Shown here: positions 1 through 11,000 of the stretch, piece by piece
How positions within the stretch are numbered: the first letter of the stretch is position 1
Layout of the letters: each line of letters begins with the position of its first letter
Program-made: the position numbers and the translations under genes
Origin: Tubulanus polymorphus
Taxonomy: Eukaryota; Animalia; Nemertea
NCBI RefSeq assembly: GCF_964204645.1
Contig: NC_134033.1
Location: forward strand, 14,640,655 to 14,704,654
DNA length: 64,000 bases
Direction of reading: 5' to 3'
The notes under the pieces: model-generated
The model's input: the letters and a program-made list of their open reading frames with translations, nothing else
What the model was told of the DNA's origin: nothing
Databases searched by the model: none

Positions 1-89
1 TCACTCAGCGCTGATAGTGAATGCAACAGTATTATGCCTTATCCCACTAAATTATGACTAAATTATTGAAATATGGTAAATATCTATAG

Positions 90-3000
90 GGTTGAAATGC
101 TGAAAAAAGCTGCTGAGAAGAAGAAAATGCGCGTGATGGAAGCGAGGAAGGAGGCGAATCTGCTAGTTCACAAAGTTCAAGCGAAGAACCTCGAAAAACG
201 AAAAGCGGCAGACGCGAAAAAACGCGCGGAATTCGCTTTCCTTAAACGTCAAATGGAAAAAGATCTCGTTGTGAGTATTTTGGAATGACACCATTTCCTC
301 GCATATAATGTCATAGCGGCTAATGGGACCAAAATTGGAAAAGAAACTACAGTCAACCCATATCAGTTACATCAGGGATTGACTGCAGGTTTATAAGTCA
401 TACAGTTGTGATTGGTTTCTTAACATATTTTTGGGGCAGACAGTTTCAAGATCAGATGTGTGGGTTTTTGATCTGAAATCTTTGCTGAAAATAAATGAAT
501 AAAATAGATTAATTTGTAGAATTGTTTGATGAAAATTTATTTACAAATGTTTTTTTTTTCTGCAGAGGCGTGCGTCGGCCCAGGAGAAAGAGAAAGAAGA
601 TGATATAGCGATAATGGCCGTGCTCACTGAACAGGAAGATGCAGTCGATCCAGAACTGAAACGGTTGCAAGAAGAAGCTAAGTATGAAAATTAAACCCAT
701 TTCAAAAATTTGAGGAGACTAAATACAGTGTAACATTGGTACAATGAACTTTAGGAGACCACAGAGACAATATATTGGTTATAACTGTTGTTTCCAGAAT
801 TGTCCTATTTGGAATGAAATTCTGTCTGTTTCATGCGATAAATCATTTCATCCAATTCATGAGGTTTCACTGTACTATACCTGAGGCCTACTATTAGTGT
901 ATCAAACACCATAGAGATCTAAGATTAGATGATTTTGAAAAAAAAGACTATGATACGATTATGTTCGACCACGTTTAAAGGTACTTTTTCATGTCATTTA
1001 TAGGGAAGAATTGGTCGAAAAATACCGTAAACTGATGGAAGAAGCTGAACTTCGCGAACAACGAGCTTTATGGAAGGTGAAACGAGCGAAATTAGCGGAA
1101 GCTCGACGACAGTTCTTCGAATCAGACAAATTACAGGTGAGTTTAAATCATTGCCTCACAAGATTACGAGGTTTGCTTATGATGATGTAGCAGGTTATTT
1201 ACAGATCAGAAAGATGTATTTTTCCCTTCACTGTGGGGAAATCAGGGAATTCTGACTCTTCTGAAGTCAGGGAATTTGAATTTTTAAGGCCTTGCTGGCG
1301 TTGAGTGGCAAAAGAAACCTCTTAATAAGAAACAGCCCCCACTGAGGATGTATGATTTAATCAGGGAATTTTTGGTCAAGGGTCCAGGAAAATCAGGGAA
1401 TTTTGGGTTAACTGATGTGTATGAACCCTTCTGCAGGAAGTTATCAAACTTTGTCAACAATGTCTACTTCACCATTTCAGCATGACATGCCTGATTACAC
1501 AGTCTCTGGCATCGAACCAATAGATGTTGCGAATTTACCTCCCTGGGCGGCAAAACGTCTTACCGACACTAAAGAGGATATGTTGTCGATTGAGAATTCA
1601 GAAGTTCCTGTTTCTGAGATACAGGAGGATAGAAGTTTACCGAAATGGGCTGCTGGTCGCTTAAACACCTCAGCCACAATAACAATTACTGATGAACCCG
1701 TCGATGGGATTCCTGAAATGCCCAATTGGGCTCAAGAACGTCTTCACGAAAGTGTGACGGTGGACGCAGGAATGAATGGTGGAACAGACACAAAGGTAGA
1801 TAGGACAGATGGAACTGTGGATAGAACAGATGGAACTGTAGATATCAGTGTAACAGCTGCAAATATTGTTGAAGGTTCTGTGAATAGCACTGAGCAAGGT
1901 GCGACTACTACCAATGAAGTCGATTCAGATTCTGCGAATGTGAAAGCAGATATGGCTCCGGGAGATGTAAGGGCTTCGGATATGGATAAAGCGAATGTGG
2001 TCAGCTTCGAAGGAGATATTGATGACATTACAATATCTCAGGAGAAAGGAGTTATCGCTACTGGTAAAGGAGCTGTAGGTGTAGAAAGGGCTATGGATGC
2101 AGCGAAAGGAGCAATGGCAGATGGAGATTTTGGTTCCGTAGATACATTGAAAGAAGAAGTTGCAGGTTCCGTTGAAAGCTTTATGACAATCAATCGAGTT
2201 GATGGCGAAACTTCTGTGGAAACTTCCGATATTTCTATAAGTATATGTACTGATCATCTAGAAATGAAAGATACCAGTCTGGAAACGGCTTCTTCTCACA
2301 TCACCGACGAAACCGAACAACTAGATCTCGATCAAATTAGATTACGAAAATTCCACAATTTGAACATCCACGGACGCCACGCCTCGCAGCAAACCGATAC
2401 GTCTGAGGATGCATCACCGCGGGGATTAGTGTTAGATAATCCGTCTGATGAAACAGAAGGAGGAGTGATGGATATAGATTCGAGAGCGGATCGGTTTAGA
2501 ATAATAAACGCTGCAGGACGACATGCCTCGCAGCAGACCGGCTCGGATGTCATCATGCCTGAAACTGATAAAGAAAGCGATGATTTGGTAGGCTACAGTT
2601 CACCGTGTGCTACGGCAGTATGTCCTGGAGAACAACGTCCCGTCAGTTGCGTGTCTGATGAAACAGGTTATCATTCCGAACCAGGAATGGGTAAAGGTCA
2701 ACAGAGTCCCGGCGACCGAAGGTCCGCTGAATCGACGCAAGAAGTTAGAACTCATAACAGGTGGAGTGAAAACGAACGTCTAGACGTCGAACAAATCAGA
2801 CTGAGAAAATTCCAAAGTTTGAACATCCACGGACGCCACGCCTCGCAGCAAACCGATACGTCTGAGGATGCGTCACCGCGGGGATTGGTGCTAGATAATC
2901 CATCTGATGAAACAGAAGGCGGAGTGATGGATATAGATTCGAGAGCAGATCGTTTTAGAATGATAAACACTGCTGGACGACACGCCTCGCAGCAGTCCGG

Positions 3001-6000
3001 CTCGGATGTCATATATCCTTCATCGGTCGAAACGGGGCCGCGATTAGAAGCCGTAGAATCACCCGCCGTTGTCGGTCCGTTCATGCATGACAACGAAAAC
3101 GAACAAATCGATGAAATTAGAGTCAATAAGTACAAACAGATGAATAAACACGGCTCTCATGCCTCTCAGCAGACCGGTTCAGATATCATCATGCCGAAAA
3201 CTGATAGTGTCGCCCCGGTTGAAAGTGACTATGCCGTTAGTTATGGGTTCAACTCGCCCAGCTCTACCGGAGTGGATCGAGTAGAACGTTCGTGCAGTCA
3301 TGTTTCCGATGAAACCGGGTATCATTCCGAAGCTGGTGTTCGTAGATCACAGATCGACCGGAATATCGAGTCATCGCAGTCTGATAGCAGACGCGGCGCT
3401 CTCGGTTATATCTCGCAGGAAACCGAAGCCTCGGATATAGAAGGAATTCGTCAGGATCGATTCAAATATCGTAATCTTCAGCACGGGCATCACCCGTCGG
3501 AGCAATCCGAGAACGTTTTACGATTCGACGAAGGGATGGCGCGCGCTTCGACGCCGAAGACGCAGCACGGGCGCGGACTTACGGATTCGGTGTTTGAAAC
3601 TCCAACTGGTTCTGACGATCACGGCCCCGTCTCACACCCGTCGACGGAAAGCGAAGAAATGTCGGAGGCTGTTCGCTTGAACCGGTTTAAAACGAGGAAT
3701 AAACACGGTTCGCATCCGTCGGCGTCGTCGGTCGAGAAGTTACTTTATGGAGCGAAAAATGACGACTACAATCCGTCGCCTCTTACGATCGAAGGTACGC
3801 GAGGTCTAGAAACCGATGAATAAACCTTATAACAATCTCATTTCGACACCAAAACAGTTCTCTAGATATGATTTTTGTTTTATAGAAAATGATGAAGAGT
3901 TTGATAAAGAAACGGATGAGGAAATCGCGGACGCTTTCATCAGTGAATCAGGAGTTAAACCATACCATTACCCGGATATTGGTGAGTTGTGATATGTACT
4001 TGATGAAGAGAATAGTTCATTATTCAAAAGCACTTTGAATTAAAACAATCTCAAAGTTTCATTACGGAATATATTTCTAAAAAGTGGCTTTTAAGACGCT
4101 CTGTAAATAGAAATTCCTCTAGAGCGTATTTTGTTGTTCTCGCTGGTGACAAGTGGCACAAAGGACCTCTTGAGAAGAAACAGCCCCTAATCTTATAGTT
4201 TAATCGGGGAATTCGAATTTTTGGCATCTCGTTTTTGTGGATGACGAATAGCACAAAAAACTCCCTAAAAGAACCCTGAATTGATTTCATTGTCGTGTGA
4301 TGTTTCTGCGTCTGTTACAGGTCTAGAACGAATGGGTGAAATACTGAAAGAGGAGATGACGCGCAGTTTAAGTTCGCCGGTTCCCGAGATCGAGCATGTC
4401 GATACGTTGCGTTATCAGCCGCTCGATTCGCTGATGAATAAATGCCTCGCTCCGCCGATATTCGCCCAGATTTCGCTCGTCAATCGAAGCCTGTTGAACT
4501 ATTTCTTCAACGAACTCGAAATCGATCGTCACTTCGAAGCATTGCGCATGTATTTGTTTCTGGAAGACGGCGAATTTGGTCAAACTCTAAGTGATTCGTT
4601 ATTCGAAAGGGTAAGAATTATTTGCGATTTATGAACCCCTGATTTCTAACGTTTTCTAACTATCATTGTTTACCATCAACAAAGTTATCCTTATAGAATC
4701 AGTTAGCAGCAAACTGAGTACACAATTCAAACTTGTGGCAAACTTGCCGTTACAGAATGTAATATTTTGATAGTATGTTGAAAAAATCTATAAAATATGA
4801 CCTTGTTATTATTTAGAAGTATTTCTTATTGCCATTATTTATGATTACTTACCGTTATCTATCATAATCTTTTATTATTCATCACTCAACCTTTTTTCCC
4901 AAGGGACTTAAATGTCCGCAATGATTGCTAAACCTTCATGGCTCTGTTCAGACTCCTCTAATCAATTTCCTATTTCTATCATGTATTTATTGTAATGTTT
5001 CAATCAATTGATGCTCAAATAAATCTTACGTTATTGATGGTTCAATGTTTTCCAGCTATCGACGGACTGTATGCCACACGAGGTGTTGAACCCAGTCTCG
5101 TTGAATCGAATATTAACGAAAGCTTTGCGATCGTCGATACACGCCGAGAACACTTCTCTTACTGAAAATATCAGCTTCAGAGTTAAATACATTCCTGCCA
5201 TACTACAACTTAACAGTAAGTCCGGTGAAAACTAGAAAACCTGGCATTCAATTTGTGAATTACCGCATTTTCTGTCCTTGCAGAAGATAATTCAAATATT
5301 ATTTGTTTTCTATTTCAGCTGCCAGTGCCATCAACTGTTTAGATTTACAATACAAAGTGAAGTGGCCCTTGAACATTGTAATCACCGACAATTGTTTGGA
5401 CAAATATAACCGAGTTTTCACTTTCATGTTACAAATGAAGAGAATAAGTTGGATCATCAAAGACATCTGGCATCGACTGAAACACGATGGTAACGTATTC
5501 AATTGTGGGTTAACTGTCAAATATTGTGTAGTTCGGGGTTCTGCTGATTGGTACATTGTTTAAATATGGTGTGCTGTCTTTCAATGATGTTGTACTACCA
5601 TCTAACATCATGGACTGCCTCCCAACCACGATGAACTACCTTCCAACTAGGCTGGACTGCCTTCCAATGATGATGAACAACCTCCGCTCATGTTGGTCTA
5701 CCTTCCAATCGTGATGGACTGCTTTTCATATTGGACTAAGTACCTTGCAACCATATTGGACTACTACCTTCCAACCATGTTAAACTACCTTCCAACCATG
5801 TTAAACTACCTTCCAACTAGGCTAGAATGCCTTCTAACGACTATGAACAACCTCCTGTTGGACTACCTTCTGATCATGATGAACCACGTTCAATCATGCT
5901 GGACCGCCTTCCTATCATGCTCTTATTGAGTTTTCTATGATGATGGACTGCTTTCCAACATGTTGCACTGCCTTCCAAGCATGTTAAACTGCTTTCCAAT

Positions 6001-7013
6001 CATATTCTGCTCTGCCTCCTATCATGATGGGCTCACCTCCTATTTTTCAGCGACGGTCAACGATATGACACGATCAGTACAGTTCCGCCACTTACAGACG
6101 TATCGACATGAAATGGATCATTTTGTGCACACGATGCAGGGTTATCTATCGACGCAGGTTATTCACGTTACGTGGAAACAGTTTCAAGAAGATCTCGATA
6201 ACAACGTACAGAATCTCGATGATTTACACGAACGACATTCCGAGTATCTCAATAAAGCTATATTCAGGTACGAATATCCCACTGTTTTCTATAAAACAGA
6301 TCTCTAGCTGGGGTGGATCTAGGAAAATTGGAAGGCCAGGATCTAGAAGATAAGAAAAGGCACATCCCGGATATATCAATGTCAATGGCGACTGGTGGGC
6401 CCCTCCTTTGGTATTAGATATTTTTGATGAAATTAACCCAAGAAGATGCATTTTCTGATTTCTGGTTTTCACCCCCTAAATCCACCCCTGCTCTGGTCTA
6501 ACACAAGTTATTCTTAAGCAGTAGAGGATTCCAATTTTGGCAAATGGGGATCACAACGCATGGTCGGACAGTCTAGTATAGCCTCCTATTGTTGATTTTC
6601 AGATGTTTATTAAACACGAAAGCTGCACCGATTATGAAAGTCATCCAGGACATATTCAACATCATCATCCGTTTCCGATCGCAGATAATATGGTCACCGT
6701 GGAAACTGAAAAACGATCAGATGGTCCACGCCGGATTTCTACACGCAAAAGCGTCCTACAAATCATTCAAACAATACTCAACTTTTCTATTTCAAGGTTC
6801 GAATCTTCATTTGTTTCTAGTTTTACTCCTTTGCACGCCAAACACTACACAATCTATAGCGCCTGGCGATACCCAATGTGTTTCTTACGCGTTGTATTGA
6901 TATCTATTGTTTCAGTTGTAAAGAAGTTGACTCTGCGAGGATATCAACAGATCGATCTACAAGAGCTGCTGTTACGTCTCAATTACAACAATTACTACAT
7001 GAATGACGCCTGA
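90..7013 (+). CDS. TUBGCP6: Gamma-tubulin complex component 6 (GCP6), 5'-partial, spliced
   Basis: Phase-consistent GT-AG exons: 90-270, 566-681, 1004-1136, 1481-3794, 3886-3981, 4321-4610, 5056-5215, 5319-5489, 6051-6267, 6603-6796, 6916-7013 (TGA). The translation shows a coiled-coil, a long repeat insertion, then the GRIP2/Spc97-98 C-terminal domain (HFEALRMYLFLEDGEFGQTLSDSLF; LDLQYKVKWPLNIVIT; RHEMDHFV; LLLRLNYNNYY). The long insertion before GRIP2 is characteristic of GCP6. Confidence 0.93.
726..872. mobile_element. Tc1/mariner-pogo(Tigger)-like MITE in TUBGCP6 intron
   Basis: TA|cagtg...gaggtttcactg|TA termini with a TA target-site duplication (724-725, 873-874). Confidence 0.5.
1225..1430. 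mobile_element. Degenerate DNA-element remnant with aatcagggaatt subterminal repeats
   Basis: Four aatcagggaatt-type repeats ending in atgaaccct. The block agtggca...aagaaacagcccc...tttaatc(a/g)gggaatt recurs at about 4152-4280, which ends in gaaccctg. Confidence 0.45.
2311..3012 (+). repeat. In-frame internal duplication within TUBGCP6 exon (two ~245 bp copies offset by 459 bp)
   Basis: About 2311-2555 and about 2770-3012 are near-identical; ttgaacatccacggacgccacgcctcgcagcaaaccgatacgtctgaggatgc occurs at 2360 and 2819. Confidence 0.9.
5590..6030. repeat. Degenerate ~21-bp minisatellite (ccttccaaccatgttaaacta-like) in TUBGCP6 intron
   Basis: Recurring ccttccaa/ggactgc/aactac units; near-exact adjacent copies at about 5767-5817. 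Confidence 0.8.
6308..6490. mobile_element. MITE with caggggc/tggatc...atccacccctg termini (hAT-like ends)
   Basis: ctggggtggatct at the left and aatccacccctg at the right. The same end motif recurs at 17477-17909, 44642-44996 and 58311-58824. No TSD confirmed. Confidence 0.5.
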
Positions 7014-7574
7014 CTGTTTGTCATTAGTAGAATGTCTATTCAAGTGAACATTCGTTGTGAACACCCAATCTTCAGGTCAACTGAATCTGGCTTAGGATTA
7101 ATAATTCTGTATATTAGATGAACTAGAAATGTTTACAGTAAATCAAATTTAGTTGCGATATATGTATATAAATTCTGATAACATTATCTAACAGCGTGTG
7201 GTGGTGTGAACATCATGAAAATCAGAGCTGCATACTTTTCTTTTTTGCTGAACTCTTGTACGAAATACTAATTTCATTTGATAAATGCCTTTAGAATGCC
7301 TAAAGAACAACTGCTTGTTGATGTTGGAGGCCACAAACATACTTTTCATATTAACAAAAATTCGATAATCATCGTGAGATTAAACTATTTCGTGCTGGTC
7401 ATGTATTACGTGTAAGGAGGCCGCCTATACTATGTGGTACCCGTTATTGTGTTGTACGTTATTTGCTGGACAAATATAGAAAAATGTAAACGGTCTTTGG
7501 AAAGTATTCTTGTATATTTGCATTTATGTGTCAGTTTGAAACGAATTTTGTAATACATTTACAATTATATAATG

Positions 7575-7580
7575 AATAAA
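7575..7580 (+). terminator. Probable polyadenylation signal of TUBGCP6
   Basis: AATAAA about 560 nt after the stop codon, followed by U-rich sequence. Confidence 0.5.
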
Positions 7581-7798
7581 TTTGTGTTAATTCATACGAA
7601 TTTGATTTGATTTTCATTCTGGAAACCCGGGGGATATCGGCGACCCGGTCTTATCAGAGACAGGGTTTTGCGCCTCCTGTGGCCGTTCGGCAATGCTGTC
7701 AGGTGCGAATCCGTCGAAGGAGAATGCCTTCGCGACTCTGAATGCAATCGCTACCCATTGAACGAAGTTATTGAAATCACAAATTCTGAAGAGAAAAT

Positions 7799-7804
7799 TT
7801 TATT
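7799..7804 (-). terminator. Probable polyadenylation signal of the metalloprotease gene
   Basis: tttatt on + (AATAAA on -), about 295 nt after the predicted stop at 8097. Confidence 0.45.
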
Positions 7805-8096
7805 TCATCAAGCAGCAGCAGTTGAATTGACATTTAATATACAATTACATGTAGTATATTGCTTGAAAGAGCTGGTCGCGGTGTAGTCGCGGTGTACCGG
7901 TAGATGTATTAAAACGATAATAGTAATATGTATATATTTATCAAATGTTGACAATCTCGTGTTTATGGTTGAGTTAATTAATTACGTGACATCCGTAACT
8001 ATATATGCGAAGTAGAATTATCGAGAACACCAGATCACCTGGGTGCATATCAAAAAAAGGATGTTTATACAATATTCCAGGTCGCCCGCAACAACT

Positions 8097-11000
8097 TTAG
8101 ACATTCTGAAAAGAAGTGGAAATGAACACGTTTACCACCCTTTGTACATATGCTCACTTGATATTTCTCAGTTCTTCCCAAAAACTGTTAAGAATGACGT
8201 AATGATTATTGATCCGATCATCCTCCAACGGCAGGGATTCGAACCTAATGGCATCACCACTGTTCGTGCCGTGGCTGAGTGTAGCGATGCCATCAGGTTC
8301 GAATCCCTGCCATAGGGAGGATGATCATAATTCTGATTGCTATGAATTACACGCATCTTTATACATCGTGTTTAAGCCGGGGCTTTCTATATTACATGTA
8401 TCAAGATGTGATGAAGAGTAAATTTCAATTTCAATTTTAGTGTCCAGCTCGGGGAACAGTATCTTTTTCCTCGTAGAATGTGGATGTCATTCACTTACCG
8501 GGCTGGTTTTATCGCAGGTTTTACAGCAACCATAAGGATAATATACGCACAGATTTGGATTATTGGCGTGGTCTGCGCATCTTGAATTGCCCGGAAATAC
8601 TAACGTATCACCGTAAGGGCATGAATCTGGAAGATGAAACACGATCCACAGGTTTTAATTGTGTCCCAGTAGAGAAATAAGTCCAAAGAAATTCCAGTCA
8701 AATATAAGGTTAAAATGATACCTTGTTTGTCTTAATCAGCCGGGTCGTTTTGTAAACCGCAATAAAACTATGTAATCAGTTTTCATTTCATTTGCCTGCC
8801 GGGTTTTGTAATTGTTAGCTTCATCGTGATTTAAAAAGACGTTATGTGCAGGGTAGATAGGCAGGGTCAACTTTTAAGCTAGGGCAGATCAAAGGAGAAA
8901 CAAGGTATCAATTTGTAGGCTAAATATCACAATGATACCTGGAACGTTGTGGTTGTCAATCATCGGAAGGTCCCCTATAGGAATAGGCACACATTTTCCT
9001 TGGATGCACCACTTGGAGTTACCACAAATAGTACCCTCAGCCGCCCTGGTATCGGTATACCTGAGTAACGGACACCCGCTATTTACCGGGGAGCTACATT
9101 GTAGATTTACGCATACTTCGGGCTAAGATGAAAAAGTATTGCAAGTATCAAGGTGGACTTTTCAAGACATCATTCGGAGAAGAAAGTGAAGATGATACAT
9201 TTCTTTGGGTTTGATTGCCTCCTGCCAAAGCTCACACCGACGCATACGTTTCATTACATTAGCGGACAGGCTGCGTCTAAGCGGCCACCAGTCCAATGAA
9301 GGGTTTGCGGCCAGTGTTTGCGTGAGCGCTAGCTTTGGCGAGAGGCAATCAGACCCTGGCAAACGAGGATGGTAATACGTACCCCTGACCGTTCATTCCC
9401 TGGTTTGCAATGTTGGCTCAATTTGTTTTCAAAAAATTCCCGACACTGTTCGTGTGCGGTGTACATGAATCCCGGATATTTCGTTTCTGTTGAAATCACG
9501 TTTGGCCGCGCACGAATGGCGTCGTTAGTGACCAAGCAATTCGGCTGGCTGAAATTAATGTTCTTTCAGTAGAAAATTGCTGCCGCTTTTCTTTAATGAT
9601 TTGAAGATGTCCTAGAATTTACTATAGATGATGACTGTGTCCATGATAGGCCGCAGTCATCAAAAAATGTCACAGCTAGAGACTCAAAAATCTATCAGTT
9701 AGAATTTCGGGGTAAAATACTCATGGCGACATCTTGCGGGGCCACTAATAACTACGGTATTAATAAGTAGCCACATTTGCAACGCGTGTGTGAAGGCACC
9801 ATACTCATTAATTTGGCCCGTACCAGGAACGGTCTATTAACGAGTGGTAGTATGAACGCGCCTTATTTTGAGCATGTGGTATACACAATTTTATTTCGTC
9901 TCCGTGGTGGTCTTATACACTAGTACCTGGAAGATCTAATTGAGACTTTACTGCGTAAATCTTGCCGAGGAGTGTAAGACCACCACGAAGACTGGAACAC
10001 TCGGTTCAGGGCAGAAACCAGTCTATTTTATCAATATCGTTACGTCCGGGAGAGTAATCACGGGGTTCCCTGTAGTGACCATGTAGGGAGTGCCCGTAGA
10101 ATCAGAATTTACGGTTTCACCCTAAATCTTTCACTCACTTGTACTTCGCTTGATTATCGGTTAGTTGTTTCAAGAATTTTGTGATATCGTCTTTCGAGCA
10201 TTTCGAGAATACAAAGCCATTTTGGACGTTCGTCTCATCAAACGGCTTTAGTATGGGAGTCATGATATTCTGTTCAGTTTTCGAGCAATTGTTGCCAGCC
10301 CCATCGTGAACAGCTCCAACACTGAAACGTAAATACTAACAGTGTACTTGGCAGTCTCTATCAGACCGGGATTTCAAATATCTACGCGTGCAAGTTCGGC
10401 CCTCCAAGCGAAATGGTAACCCAGGAACAGTTGAATTTATCCTCAAGTCATGTTCTAATCTTTTTAACTTATCTTTTTAGCAATTCAAATGGATGGAAAT
10501 CGTTATTCAAAAGATCATGAATTCATCACTGATCAACTATCTCTGCTGAGAGCGAAATGATTACTCCACGCATGCTCGTTTCGAACATTTGATACCTTGT
10601 TTCTCCGCAGCAGCCGGGTCACTTTTGTAAAATATGATAAAATTTGTAAACTTAATCAGTTAATTTCTATAGCGGCCGGGTCTGTTATGAGCACGATTAA
10701 AAAAAGGTAATGCACACGAGGGTAGATAGGCGGCCGGCCGGGTCAACATTTAAGCTCAGCGGAGCGGAGAAACAAGGTATCAATTTTTAGCCTATATACG
10801 CGTTTTTTAATAAATATGATTTGAGTATACGAAATATGATAGGATAATTTCCACATATCTTCGCTAAGTTGTTAACGCTAATCAAACTAATATCGAAGAA
10901 AAAGGTGCAGACCTGTGGCCGACTTCATGAGTCGCCGTAGACCACGACATCCAACCACGGTCTTCAACAACTGATACGGAATAAGAACCGTGACACATCG

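Noticed and set aside
1495-3135. Minus-strand ORFs over the large TUBGCP6 exon
   Set aside because: Antisense shadows of a repetitive coding exon.
1415-3823. 802-aa ORF as a standalone gene
   Set aside because: Bounded by an acceptor at 1480 and a donor at 3795, in phase with the flanking TUBGCP6 exons.
5690-5929. 79-aa ORF (YLPTMLN repeats)
   Set aside because: Translation of an intronic 21-bp minisatellite.
7614-7785. 57-codon open frame on - after a ttcag acceptor, as the terminal protease exon
   Set aside because: Needs a phase-2 junction but the upstream exon ends in phase 0; it also lies beyond the predicted poly(A) signal.
8219-8323. tRNA genes at the GGTTCGAATCC motifs of MITE family A
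   Set aside because: No cloverleaf; the motifs are parts of transposon TIRs.
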